Part shown: positions 1-12,885 of the stretch, one piece after another | How positions within the stretch are numbered: the stretch's first letter is position 1 | How the letters are laid out: each line of letters begins with the position of its first letter | Assembly (NCBI GenBank): GCA_951406725.2 | Contig: OX597814.1 | Location: 40,796,001-40,860,000, forward strand | DNA from: Octopus vulgaris | Lineage: Eukaryota | DNA: 64,000 nt | Direction of reading: 5' to 3' | The notes under the pieces: generated by a model | Databases searched by the model: none | Seen by the model: only the letters and a program-made list of their open reading frames with translations | Told to the model about the DNA's origin: nothing | Program-made: the position numbers and the translations under genes

Positions 1-223
1 TAAAATTTCTCGTGAGAAGTTTCAATAATACTATAAAAATAGTCAAAATTCCTGCAAAAGTTCAATTTGAAAACTCCACAAGAGTGGACGAAAGCGCTAT
101 TATATGATATATGATATATAAAAACATGTAACATAATAATAAATATCTGTAAATATAAAACCATCCAGAATTCTGAGTACCTCATTTCTTCTAACATATA
201 ATACCTGTACATCCACTCCAAAC

Positions 224-225
<2 letters not shown>

Positions 226-261
<36 letters not shown>
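226..261. repeat. (TA)n microsatellite; representative of dozens of (TA)n/(CA)n/(TACA)n tracts in the window
   Basis: Perfect TA dinucleotide run; similar tracts at about 568-642, 934-976, 1873-1930, 8881-8961, 38378-38507, 48320-48420, 49195-49420, 50108-50342, 56569-56636 and 57020-57158. Confidence 0.98.
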
Positions 262-265
<4 letters not shown>

Positions 266-536
266 GTGTTACTACATATCGCTGGTCACAATGCGCTTCA
301 CATTGTTTTAGCCTTCGAATGACTCCACCCCGATGGCTAAGCGAGCAGACCAACAGAAGAAAGAGTGAGAGAAAGTTGTGGCGAAAGAGTACAGCAGTGA
401 TCGCCAACACCGGCGACTCGTGGAGCTTTAGGTGTTTTTGCTCAATAAACACTCACAACGCCCGGTCTGAGAATCGAAATCACTATCCTACAACCGCGAG
501 TCCACCGCCCTAGCCACTGTGCCATTGCGCCTCCAC
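262..536 (-). mobile_element. tRNA-derived SINE (family 1) between TA tracts
   Basis: Minus strand begins GTGGAGGCGCAATGGCACAGTGG (A-box-like) and has GATTTCGATTC (B-box-like); head and body are homologous to 45275-45461. Confidence 0.8.
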
Positions 537-550
537 TATATATATATAAA

Positions 551-649
<99 letters not shown>

Positions 650-689
650 TTGTGTGTGTACCTGTATGATTAAAACTGAAAATAATATT

Positions 690-929
690 TATTATCACAC
701 ACTACAAGAGATGTTATCGTTTCATTTTTGACACGTAATTCTGAAATAGTGTAAGTGATACGACGTATCTCTGGCCTCGCATTTCAGAAGAAGCTGAAAC
801 TTTTATTGGCCCATCGCACTGCAGTGTACCCAAAGTAAGATGTGTAATATTTGAATGAAAACTTTGGGTATTATTAGAGTGTAGTGATACACACATACAA
901 GATATCAGACAAACGGACACACATTCTCA

Positions 930-940
<11 letters not shown>
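690..940 (-). mobile_element. Possible non-autonomous Helitron/HINE-like fragment
   Basis: Minus strand reads (TA)n-AAACTGAGAATGTGTGTCCGTTTGTCTG, resembling the microsatellite-bearing 5' end of non-autonomous Helitron-type elements; no 3' hairpin/CTAG confirmed. Confidence 0.35.
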
Positions 941-988
<48 letters not shown>

Positions 989-1123
989 TTGTGTTTGTGA
1001 GTGTGTAGAAGAAAAGCGTTTACAATTATGAAGCAGTCACAATTATAACTAAGAGGGATAAAAACACTTTATATGTTAAAAATAGCAGCCAAAACTGCTA
1101 TAAAGCCATTACTTGTTGATATC

Positions 1124-1262
1124 ATTTCTCCTCACGATAAAAATAGTCCGCGGGTGACATGGCAAATAGAATCCACATCTTGAAATATTTAACCAATTAT
1201 TTTCAAGTTGTGGATTATATTTGCGATGTCACCCGAGGATAGTTTCTATTGTGAGGAGAAAT
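1124..1262. repeat. Long imperfect inverted repeat (about 62-bp arms, about 15-nt spacer)
   Basis: TTTCTCCTCACGATAAAAATAGTCCGCGGGTGACATGGCAAATAGAATCCACATCTTGAAA versus the reverse complement of 1201-1261, TTTCTCCTCACAATAGAAACTATCCTCGGGTGACATCGCAAATATAATCCACAACTTGAAA. Confidence 0.9.
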
Positions 1263-1760
1263 ATGAGTAAAAAATACATCAATAAAAAAGTTTTCTTAAA
1301 TCTAATCTGAAACGACCGTAGGTGTGTAGTGAACCTTTCAATCGCCCCCTTTAATCTATTCTAACTTTACTTTCTACTTTGATGTTACTCCTTATATTTT
1401 CTATGTTTATATTCTTATGTTTTTATATTTTCATCATCTCTGCCTTAATATATACATGTGGTAATTTGAATAGAATACAATCTGATGTCATATATCTGAT
1501 TTATGAAGCTGCTTGTCTGATTGTTTAAGACAAATATGTGAAATTGTTATTTTATACCAAATTTTTATCTTATACCAAGGAATAGAGATTCATCTCCTTT
1601 ATCTTCTCCCAGTTCACCATATTTTGCATCCAGACAATCTTCTTTGTGTATTGGCGCTGGATTCCTTCGAGTTCCCCAGCTTATTCTTCACTCTCTGGGG
1701 ACAATCATTGGCAGCAGTGGTCCATCTGATAGCCTAGTCGGTCACGGTCTCGGTCACGGT

Positions 1761-1800
<40 letters not shown>

Positions 1801-1869
1801 TTATATACATATATATACATGCATATATATAAATATGCATGTATATATGTATATACATGTATATCTATA

Positions 1870-1932
<63 letters not shown>

Positions 1933-1934
1933 GT

Positions 1935-4630
1935 AGACGTAAGTGATTCGGAGAGACACATACTAATATATGCTATCTTCCATACAGACAAAAGAAAAAG
2001 AATATCAAGATGGTGTTGCAATGTACAACCGAGATGATGTCATACCATTAACACAGTTATCTATCTCTAACTGGGTCTGTGATACACTCATAATACATCT
2101 AAAGCAAATTGATTGCTCAAATCATTACGGAAAATTTGAGGGAAATCTCAGTGCCTTAAAGAAAGTACTAACAAAATTGGACCACCGTACTATTATATTT
2201 CTGATGAATGACTCCAACTTCTCCAACATCAGGTGGCCTGAGGGTAATATAAACTCTGGAATGGCACAAAGAGCGATATCAAGCAGAAACTCTACTTGAT
2301 CCTACGAAGATATTATTCATGGAGCAGATCATATATTCTCCTACCAGGCTAAAAAAATATACTGGACCTCTGTTTTACAAATAATGTTGAAATTATCCAC
2401 AACGTAAATATATCACCGACAATAATCTCAGATTATAACATGATAGAACTGACAGTGTATAGCGCGGAATTAACTAAAGATAAACTGCGCACGTTACAAA
2501 ACGTAACCACCCTAAATATTTATAAGGCCGACTTAAAGTCACTTGAAAAACAGATACTCCAGCGGGACTGGTCTAAAAGCCTCTGTATGCAAGACATAGA
2601 AATGAAACTCAAAATAATCATGTTAATCATGCGATATGCATTAAATATGTCCCAGGGAAGGGAGACAATACACACAAGAACATCATTCCCTGAGAGAGGA
2701 GAATACGCATATGGCAGAGAATAAAGGTCTCGTTTCGTTCAAACAATCACCTTTTGGCAGTATGAAATTCTACCTGATAGAGGAACTCTTCGAGACAGAA
2801 AATGAACTCAAAATCTCCCATGCAAAAGAAAGGGAAAAGAAACCTGGGTAGTCCCAAATATAAAAAGAAATCCTAAAGCCATATACACGTTGACTAAGGA
2901 GTCTGCCTCAGTACGCTATAAGCTAGGGTTACTAATCGGTAAAAATGGCTCACTGACAGCAGACCCGGGGAAAATAATTGAAACACTAATTAAAATATTC
3001 CGGCCAGTTTTCACATCACTGGAAAATATGCAAATAAACAAGCCGAGGAAATTCTTCAACGTAATGACTCTATTCGGAAAAGAGGCAACCATCGATTACA
3101 TCAACATAACACAAGAGGATTTAATAACGGTCATTGGTGAGATGCAATCAAAGTCAGCAACAGGCCCAGATGGACTCTCTGCTGTTCTCTTAAATACATG
3201 TAAATAGGATCTTACAAATTCACTGCAGATACTCTTTCAGAGTTTTGTTGCATGTGGTAAACTTCCCAACATGCTAAAAAAGTGCCCTCTCCATAAAGGA
3301 GGTCGCAGAGCAGATGCAAAAATCTATAGGCCCATCTCTCTTACCTCACATGTTAGTGCACAATGGAACACATTGTCAGAAAAAAGGCTGATCCGGTTCC
3401 TAGAAATAAACAACCATCTCACAAACACGCAATATGATTTCCGTCCAGAGCGAACATACCTAGCACAGATACTGCATCACTTTGACTGGGTAGTGAAGCA
3501 ACAGCTAAACCAGTCAGCAATAGATGTGACTATGACTCGACTTTGCCAAATCTTTCGACAATGTTGATCATGGCATCATATATCACAGCTGCGAAACATT
3601 GGTATTAGCAGGAAACTAGGATAGTGGCAGCATGATTTTCTGAAGCGCAGGAGTCAGACAGTTGCAGTCAATGGTGCTCGCTCTGAAGAGACACCAGTTC
3701 TCAGCGGAGTCCCACTGGTATCTGTAGGGGGCCACCGCTAATTGTGGTGGCGCTCTCAGACTTTCCATCCACGGTATAGCCATCCAATCTCACTAGTTAT
3801 GCTGATGACACAAAAATATCGCAGGCAGTTAGGAACACAGAGGACATCAAGAAACTGCAGAAATTCCTGAACGAAATCTACAAATGGGTAAACAAAAGTA
3901 ACATGTAGTTCAATGCTATGAAATTTCAGGCTCTCCACTATCGGTCTAACACCAGGTTAAAATCAGAATACACTGGACCAGAAGTTAAAATGATCCCATA
4001 TTTAGAGTCTGTGCCTGACATGGGTGTTTACTTGAGCAATGATGCAACATTCCATGTGCATATTACCAAGATGACAACATTGTGCAGGCGAGTGCCTGGA
4101 TGGATTCTGAGGACATTCAGAACCAGTAAAAGGTAAAATCTGCTACTCCTATGGAAGACTTTGGTTCTCAGTCGCTTGGACAATTACTGCCAGCTATCGT
4201 CCTTAGAGAATGTGAAACAAACTGCCGAACTCGAAGGGATCAAGCGCTAAAACACAAAGAAGATTGTCTGGATGCAATAGTTGTCTACGGGGAGAGCAAA
4301 AGGAGCTGAGGCTCTCTTCCCAGGAACGAAGAGGAGAGAGACATTCGGTGATATAATATTTGGATTATCTTTGAGGGTTTAATTCCCAATTTGGGAATTG
4401 ACAGCTATACCAATCCTCGAACTGGACGGTACTGCATCATATCAAAGATCCCGTCTTCCCCATCTAAAATAAGGACACAGTAATGCAACTGTCTGGCTCT
4501 GAAGCATCCTTCAACATCCTTTATGGCAACCATAGTTTTGATGTGGAAATATTCAAGGTACTTCTGGGGAGGTTTCTATCTGAGATACCTGATGAATCGA
4601 CGTTGCGGCAGGAAATGCTATGTAGAGCAG
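1935..4630 (+). mobile_element. Degraded CR1-group LINE ORF2 (APE endonuclease plus reverse transcriptase), 5'-truncated, many stops and frameshifts
   Basis: Ordered motifs across frames: DGVAMY, NDSNF, LDLCFTNN, SDYNMIE (APE); KSATGPDGLS, YRPISLTSHVS, DFAKSFDNVDHG, SGVP, SYADD, FNAMKFQ, GWILRTF (RT and C-terminus). Confidence 0.9.
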
Positions 4631-5000
4631 CTCCGTCCGCTTTATATTTTCCTATATAATGCCTATCGGTTAAATTACAAGATTTCTGTTGTTGTACTAT
4701 TAGTAACCTGTTCTTTTTTGGTACATTAATTTTCAATCAAATCGGTTTCTGATTCACTTTATACTCCAGGGTAGAAACTGACCTAACAATAACTGAAGTA
4801 TAATCTAGAACACTGAACTGAAAAATAATTGTCTTATATATACAGTCCACTTCACCAAAAACAATACCGGACACAACACCATTTAACTAGAGATGCACCA
4901 GCATGACCTCAGCCCTGGGCTGAAATCAGTAAAAGTGAAGAGATAAAAGCTAATATATATATACATATCTATAACATGTATATATGTATATGTGTGTGTA

Positions 5001-5033
<33 letters not shown>

Positions 5034-5103
5034 TCATACATATATGTAGATATATATACGTATAAAGTCATATTTATATATGTATATATGTGTATGTATA
5101 TAC

Positions 5104-5145
<42 letters not shown>

Positions 5146-5555
5146 ATGCAATCCCCATTCTATGTAGTCTGTTTTGTGGTAGGGGGCGTGTGCAAGGTAC
5201 ACTATTCACTGTTCGAATGACTTCACATTAGCCTTCAACAATATCTTCATCTCTCACTACGACCTATCTTTCCTCGATTTCTTTACCATACACTTAAATT
5301 ACTTGTGATTTTTGTAAAGTTTCAAATCTTAAACTGTTTGTTTTATTTCCATTATAATCAAGTCCACTCTTCTCTATTCAGTATTAATAGCAGTTTTTAT
5401 AGAAAAGTAACCAAGAAAAGTTATTATTAATTGTTATCCTCTGTCACACACCCTGGTTCATATCCCTTTCAGTTTCCTATAAAATTCAGTTCCACGTACT
5501 ACTACTCTATCTGTTACAACCATGTGTATTCCATTTAATCCAATCAACTTACCAG

Positions 5556-5660
5556 CAAGCTCGTGAAATTAATATGCAAACATATCCTCAGCATTGTTCC
5601 GAAGGTGAATGTGACAAAGCTGACTTTTTGAAATATAGGTACTACATTTAGCCAGTTGGC
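5556..5660 (-). mobile_element. Short SINE fragment (family 2 tail)
   Basis: GCTCGTGAAATTAA...TGTGACAAAGCTGACTTTTTGAAATATAGGTACTAC resembles 17170-17295 and 45144-45265. Confidence 0.45.
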
Positions 5661-7914
5661 AGCACCGGATCAATGCTAAAGGACAAAGCGCCCCGCCAGT
5701 TGCGACCTGGCAATCGCGTGACGAATTCCATAATTACAAAGATACGCTCCTCCACACACTCGTTTAACATCATAATACACTTTTTTTTATATGGATAGAC
5801 ATACCAGTTCTTATAGTTATTTTAAGTAGTTGATTAAGAGACAATCAATACTTAAATCTATTTTGCTACGGGTTTTACGTTTGCTATGCTATTGAGATTT
5901 GCCAATCTTCGCCTTTACGAAATTCGATCTAATTATTTGAGCCTGAGCAGATAGAAATGTTTTTTTTTAATTTTCTTTTCTCTTCCGGGTTTCAAGTATC
6001 AGCCACTAAGATCTTAACTTCAAATATAATCGACATATAATGTATTTTCTCCCCAACCATTTGGCCTGTCATTTTCCTTCTGTTTTTCATTTCAAATTCT
6101 GCTACACATTTGAAACAGATGTAAAGATATATTTTCATCTTGTTATAAGTATACTTAATATCTTATATGAAAAATGTCCTGCCACCCGCTCAGTGTCTCT
6201 AAATTTTGAATACCATTCGTGTAATTTGTCTTCTTATTGTAAATGCTCAACTAGAAAGAAATTTTGTTGTGTCGCGCAAAGGAACTAAATCCTTAGGCAT
6301 TTATGAATTACCTGGATATCAATATTTTACAACATATTTATTCCGTACGGCTATATTTCTAACGCTAATATTCGTAAGTAGATAATCTAACAACTCGTTG
6401 TTACACGCTAATAACCTCTCAGTGCCAAACACTGTTCCGTGTACGTAACGGTCGTTAATTGATTTTAATGCAACATAATATGAACTTAATTAGTTTGTCG
6501 TTTCGGTGTGATAATGTTGCGTTAGATTATTCAGAGATTATATTTCTGCTGATACAAGCATTTAGATATCTCCTTACAGGTAATAAATGTGCAATTCGAT
6601 GTGCGAATTTGAGTCTTCGGGGTATACACGTGATTTAATTGTATTATATGATTCCAAAATATGAAATAAATATATCAAACAATCTGTGCATTACAACTAC
6701 TCTAACCTCTTACTATGCTAATCCATCAACAAAAGGAAATATCTACTCCACTTGGAGTTAAATCATAAAATGTTTGCCAATAATACGTATACAAACTTTC
6801 ATTAAGGCGTATGGCGAGTCTTTCTTAATAACAAACATTACATTTTACATATTACATAAGAGAAGCATTTGATAATTTATCATGACTATAAATATTAAAC
6901 AAGATCAAATCCTACTATTACGGTACTAATGTGGAAAAACTTTACAGATTATGCTCATTTTTGTGATAACATCATTGGAAGATTATTCTAAACAGAAAAG
7001 TGAACTGTCATCCGTGCTGCGGAGGATTTGCCTAGACTACTTTTATACTGCGCTCCACAACAATAAGGTTAGCTGTTATATGCCAAGGTTTTACATCAGT
7101 GAAGACGTATTTATTTCAAAAACCGCTTTATGTATAATGTGGATATTTTATATAGAGAGTCGTGGCCACATTTTTTCAAAAATTAAAATTTTTATGCCCC
7201 AGAACATTTCTATTTAAACATATACAAAGTAGTGATACACTTACCTAATAATTCATCCAATGGTTCAATATTTAGAAGAAAGCATAGGCAAACTCAAAAA
7301 TATAGTCCTAGTCCAATTTCCTTACATTTGATTAATAGAAGCTAGTCTAATTTTCATACCAATTTTCCATACGTTTGACCACGCCTGTACTTTGATATGA
7401 AATACATACATGCATGTGGTTACCTCCGTATATTGTGAAAATTTAATTAATATTTTCTTGCAGATGACGAATTTCCTACGCGTTCAATCTTAGACATGCG
7501 ACTATGAGCAATATTAAAAGGTATTGAGAATATTAGAAGCCTAAATACTAAATATAATGCAATTACAGTTTTTTTTTTAAATCGACTCAACAAACATTTA
7601 TCAAGTTTTAATTGGGTTACTTAAAATTTAGCGAATCTCCCTGAAGAGTAATCAGATTACTAAGCATTGACGCACACAATCTTTTCAAAGGTAAATATCC
7701 GGCAGCGGCATTACAGCCGATTCTCACTGTCAACAATATATAGAATATCAATATGTTTCTGACACGAGATTAAACTATTGTTCTTTTACCGAACGTTTGT
7801 CACTGAGGAGACCATGCAAGTCAAAATCACGTGAGTTGATATTTCTGGCACCCGTAGCAAGGGATTTTCGTCTGCTAATTATATAAGTATAATGCCTTAG
7901 TACACCTTGTGACC

Positions 7915-8232
7915 TTGTTAGGGACTTCGTTTTTAGATTTCTTTCTTCACGATTGTGAGTTTTTGAGTTCGATTCCTGGCAGGACGTTTTGACCAAGAGT
8001 AACGCAATTTATTTCACGCTGATCCAGAAAACTGAGCTAGCAGAGCATAGTTGTAACTGTAATTCAAAGGGGCGGACATATCGCATTCTCAGTCACGCTG
8101 AATCTCCCTGATAACTATGTTAGGAGTTGCTTGTCTATAAAATAATCGTCCACATGTAGGTTAATTCTATGAGAAGACTCATCCAATCATCTGATCAACT
8201 CGAACATTCTTCATTGTTAATGACCAAGAGTT
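7915..8232 (+). mobile_element. Old tRNA-derived SINE (family 2)
   Basis: B-box GAGTTCGATTCC followed by TATTTCACGCTGATCCAG...TTCAAAGGG...GTCACGCTGAATCTCCCTGA, collinear with the reverse complement of 17149-17427. Confidence 0.7.
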
Positions 8233-8351
8233 AGTTATGAGCGGTCCTCTCAAGATGAATAACCCAGTATTCGGTTATCTAGTGCAACATCCACGTTAAT
8301 ATATACATAAAAATTGCCTTTAGTAATAATACGGCTGTCGCTATTAATTAT

Positions 8352-8391
<40 letters not shown>

Positions 8392-8447
8392 CATACAATC
8401 AAACATACATACATAGTTATACACTTGCATATCTACATATACAATAA

Positions 8448-8516
<69 letters not shown>

Positions 8517-8609
8517 TATACAAGTTTGCTAGAAATAGAGTAGCATTGATATCATTCAGCACACTTATAATTTTAATATATACTAACTACTATGGTTTTT
8601 ATCCTAATT

Positions 8610-8658
<49 letters not shown>

Positions 8659-8662
<4 letters not shown>

Positions 8663-8876
8663 ATCCAAACATGAAAAAAGCAAAGAGAAAACACAACAAC
8701 GCGAGGGCGTGGAACAAATAGAGTATCATTTGACGCTCAGGAAGGAAGGGAAGAAGGAGGGTTTTTACGTTTCAAGCGGAGCTCTTCGTCAAGGAGTCAG
8801 TGGTAAGTTAGATGAAAGAATAGATAAATAAAAAAAAGAGGTAAAAAATCGACAATGGTACACAAGCGGTCATATT

Positions 8877-8880
<4 letters not shown>
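8659..8880 (-). mobile_element. Short PLE terminal-repeat-like fragment in a TA tract, with a hammerhead-like core
   Basis: Minus strand TTGACGA-AGAGC-TCC-GCTT-GAAA-CG-TA at 8766-8792; flanked by (TA)n on both sides. Confidence 0.45.
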
Positions 8881-8961
<81 letters not shown>

Positions 8962-8966
<5 letters not shown>

Positions 8967-9011
8967 ATTATTATTTTATTATTATTATTATTATTATTAT
9001 TGATGTTATTA

Positions 9012-9053
<42 letters not shown>
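8962..9053. repeat. (TTA)n microsatellite
   Basis: Imperfect trinucleotide run directly after (TA)n, opposite in polarity to the downstream (TAA)n tracts. Confidence 0.95.
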
Positions 9054-9054
<1 letters not shown>

Positions 9055-9451
9055 CAGGGGCAAATCTAAATAATTGATAATAACAATAATTTTAGTGGCA
9101 GAAGTGATATTAGCATTCAACATCCATAGAATAACTTCTTGATTATCTTCCAGGGCACACGAAGCGCCAGCTTGCTAGAGAGTTGAAGCAAACGTTTCCA
9201 ACGTAACCATTAATCTTACTGAATATATGTGAACCGACCAACATAAATTAGGCAAACGAGAGGAATTTAACATATTTTCTCAGCTAAAAAGCCGTATAAT
9301 GAGATAAAGGATATACCTGGAATATGATTTCAAACTCTGGGCTCGTGTGCCCTCTAATTTGATTAAGAATATATTGTATAGCTATTTAATGTTAATATCA
9401 CTTCTTGCCACTAATGTTATTCTTTTTTTTCAATACTTTCCCCTGATGATG

Positions 9452-9517
<66 letters not shown>
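9452..9517. repeat. (TAA)n microsatellite upstream of the first R4/Dong copy
   Basis: Perfect trinucleotide run. Confidence 0.97.
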
Positions 9518-11050
9518 GATATTGACACTACCATCAAGGAACTTGTCCCACAAGAAGGTTACAAATACCTAGGAATCAACGAAGGAAATGGTATACATCA
9601 TGCTGCTATGAAGGAAAAAATAAGAAAGGAATGCTATAGGAGAATAAGGCTTGTACTGAAGACAGAACTCAACACAAAAAATTGCATTGAGGCCATTAAC
9701 ACCCTGGCGCTTCTAGTAGTCCAGTACAGTTTTAACATCATTAACTGGAACCTTACGGAACTCCAACGCTTGGACAGGAAGACAAGAAAATTACTGACAT
9801 CCAAGAGCATGCACCACCCTAGGGCAGATGTAGACCGCCTGTACCTACCTAGAAGCAGCGGAGGGAGAGGAATGATGCAATTAGAGCTGTGCTATAAGAC
9901 CTCTACTGTAGGAATGAACAGGTACCTTTCTAGTACAAAGGACTGGATGCTGCGAATTTTGTGCGAACACGAAAGCAGCAAAAAGCTGCATTCTATTGTC
10001 AAGGAAGCCTATGAGTTCGAAAGGGAACTAGACATTAACCTTGAATCAGATGAAGAGCCGGAAACCACTGCTACTAAGCAAGCAAAGCGAATCAAGCAGA
10101 CTGCAAAAAAGAACGGGCAGAATCAAATTGAGAGGCGGTGTAGCCAGAAGCCCCTGCATGGACAATATATTCTCCGAAGCCAAAATGCTGATGTAGACCA
10201 AGCAACAACCCATCAGTGGCTGAAGAGTTCTGGATTGAAAGCAGAGACTGAATGCTTCATAATGGCAGCACAAGATCAAAGCTTGTTTACCAGAAATTAC
10301 CAGGCTAACGTTCTCCGAAACGGTACTGACCATAAATGCAGATTCTGCGACACATTTGACGAAACGATAGACCATCTCATTTCGGGATGTCCTGTGCTGA
10401 CACCAAACGAATACAAAAATCGCCACGATAGGGTAGGACATTATATACATTGGAAGATATGTAAATACTACAAATTCGACACTCCTGCTAACTGGTATGA
10501 ACACCATCCTCAGCCAGTTATTGAAGGTAAGGATGTCACCATCCTCTGGGATTTTCCAGTCAACACTGACAGAACGATCAAGGCTAATCGGCCAGACATA
10601 ATTGTTAAAGACAGGGAAGAAAATACCTGCAGACTAATAGAGGTAAGCGTCCCCACTGATAAAAATGTATCTGTAAAGGAATTTGACAAACTTAGTAAAT
10701 ATAAGGACCTGGAAATCGAAATACAAAAGATGTGGAATCTTAAAACAAAAACTGTTCCTGTTATTGTGGGTGCACTAGGTATGATAAAAAAGTGATGTCA
10801 GAAACACCTAGACAATATACCTGGAGAACCATGTCACAAGGAAATCCAAAAGATTGTGCTAACAAGTACTGCCCACATCCTTAGAAAAACCCTATCAATG
10901 TAAATGTTTGTGTTTGTATTACATGGAGATATTTCTCTACTTCCCCTCCCCAAGCTTTCAACTATATTTCAACAACTCTTAACCTTCACCTAGGGCGCTG
11001 GGTGTGCCCCGGCAAGTGATTGCATCAAACATGCAGATTAAAAGTAAATG
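9518..11050 (+). mobile_element. R4/Dong-type non-LTR retrotransposon family A, 5'-truncated (RT thumb, CCHC finger, restriction-like endonuclease, 3' UTR)
   Basis: ORF 9347-10795 contains YKYLG, HHPRADVDRLYLPRSSGGRG, CRFC-ETIDHLISGC, RHD, RPDII..IEVSVP and KLSKYKDL; premature TGA at 10793 and natural stop at 10901-10903; flanked by (TAA)n. Confidence 0.95.
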
Positions 11051-11056
11051 ACAATG

Positions 11057-11092
<36 letters not shown>

Positions 11093-11530
11093 TTAATAAT
11101 AATAATAACTGAAAAAATTAGCAAATATAAAGATCTTGCAATAGAAATCAGCAAAACGTGGAACCTGAAGACTAAAACAATACATTTTGTCATAGGTGCC
11201 CTTGGAATGATAGCAAAAGGGGCTGATTGCTACATAACTCACATACCAAGAACAACTCTTAACCTTCACTTGCCCTAGGGAGCTGGGTGTGCCCCGGCAA
11301 GTGATTGCATCAAACATGCAGATTAAAAGTAAATGACAATGATAATAATAATAATAATAATAATAATAATATTAATAATAATAATAACTGAAAAAAATTA
11401 GCAAATATAAAGATCTTGCAATAGAAATCAGCAAAACGTGGAACCAGAAGACTAAAACAATACCTTTTGTCATAGGTGCCCTTGGAATGATAGCAAAAGG
11501 GGCTGATTGCTACATAACTCACATACCAAG
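10971..11530 (+). repeat. Tandem duplication of a 280-bp unit (family A 3' UTR, TAA run, family B RLE fragment)
   Basis: Units 10971-11250 and 11251-11530 both start AACAACTCTTAACCTTCAC and end CACATACCAAG. Confidence 0.92.
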
Positions 11531-12260
11531 AAACCCCAAAATGGCAGAAATTCAAAATATAGTGCTCATGGAAACTCTTTACTCTTTCTCTTTTACTATA
11601 TTACTTGTTTCAGTCATATGACTGCTGCCATGCTGGAGCACCGCCTTTAATCAAGCAACTCGACCCCGGGACTGGAGCACCGCCTTTAGTCGATTAAATC
11701 GACCCCGGGACTTATTCTTTGTAAGCCTAGTACTTCTCCTATCGGTCTCTTTTGCTGAACCGCTAAGTAACGGGGACATAAACACACCAGCATCGGTTGT
11801 CAAGCAATACTAGGGGGACAAACACAGACACACAAACACACACACGCATATATAAATATACATATATACGACGGGCTTCTTTCAGTTTCCGTCTACCAAA
11901 TCCACTCACAAGGCTTTGGTCGGCCCGAGGCTATAGTAGAAGACATTTGCCAAATGTGCCACGCAGTGGGACTGAACCCGGAACCGTGTGGTTGGTAAAC
12001 AAGCTACTTACCACACAGCCACTCATGCACCTACTGCTCATATCCTACGCAAAATACTTTCTATGTAATCTAAAGTTTTAAAACAAACATAATTTTCGTA
12101 TGTTTTTTTTCGACATTCACTAGTACAACACTAAATACAAAACCAAATATATGGCACACTAGACGTAACAACAACACAAAATTCCAACCTATTGTCTCTT
12201 GAGGTCTCTGGGAGAGACTTGGAGCCAACTTGTACAAATATAAAACAGAAGTCAAACACA
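11388..12260 (+). mobile_element. R4/Dong family B 3'-end copy interrupted by a SINE
   Basis: SKYKDLAIEISK..GALG..PKMAEIQ coding end and the 3' UTR ending GGAGCCAACTTGTACA...GTCAAACA match 16530-16950. Confidence 0.9.
11576..12033 (-). mobile_element. tRNA-derived SINE (family 3, CORE-like), full length, with a short internal duplication
   Basis: Minus head GAGTGGCTGTGTGGTAAG (A-box) and GGTTCAGTCCC (B-box), followed by a TTGGCAAATGTCTTCT CORE-like segment; TGGAGCACCGCCTTTA..TCGACCCCGGGACT duplicated; near-identical to 56636-57019. Confidence 0.88.
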
Positions 12261-12791
<531 letters not shown>

Positions 12792-12809
12792 AATAATAAT
12801 AATAATAAT

Positions 12810-12885
<76 letters not shown>

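Noticed and set aside
510-731. Many IYIYIY, poly-I, poly-L, poly-R and poly-S ORFs throughout the ORF track
   Set aside because: They are translations of (TA)n, (TAA)n and (GAA)n microsatellites, which lack stops in some frames; no coding evidence.
7464-7520. Exon-like block TTTTCTTGCAG...AAG|GTATTG
   Set aside because: Stops in all three frames and isolated; expected by chance in AT-rich DNA, though a UTR exon cannot be excluded.
9347-9517. Apparent signal peptide or transmembrane N-terminus fused to the 482-aa ORF, suggesting a domesticated membrane-anchored nuclease
   Set aside because: The hydrophobic stretch is the (ATA)n reading of the target microsatellite plus AT-rich flank with a GTG start, so chance read-through explains it.
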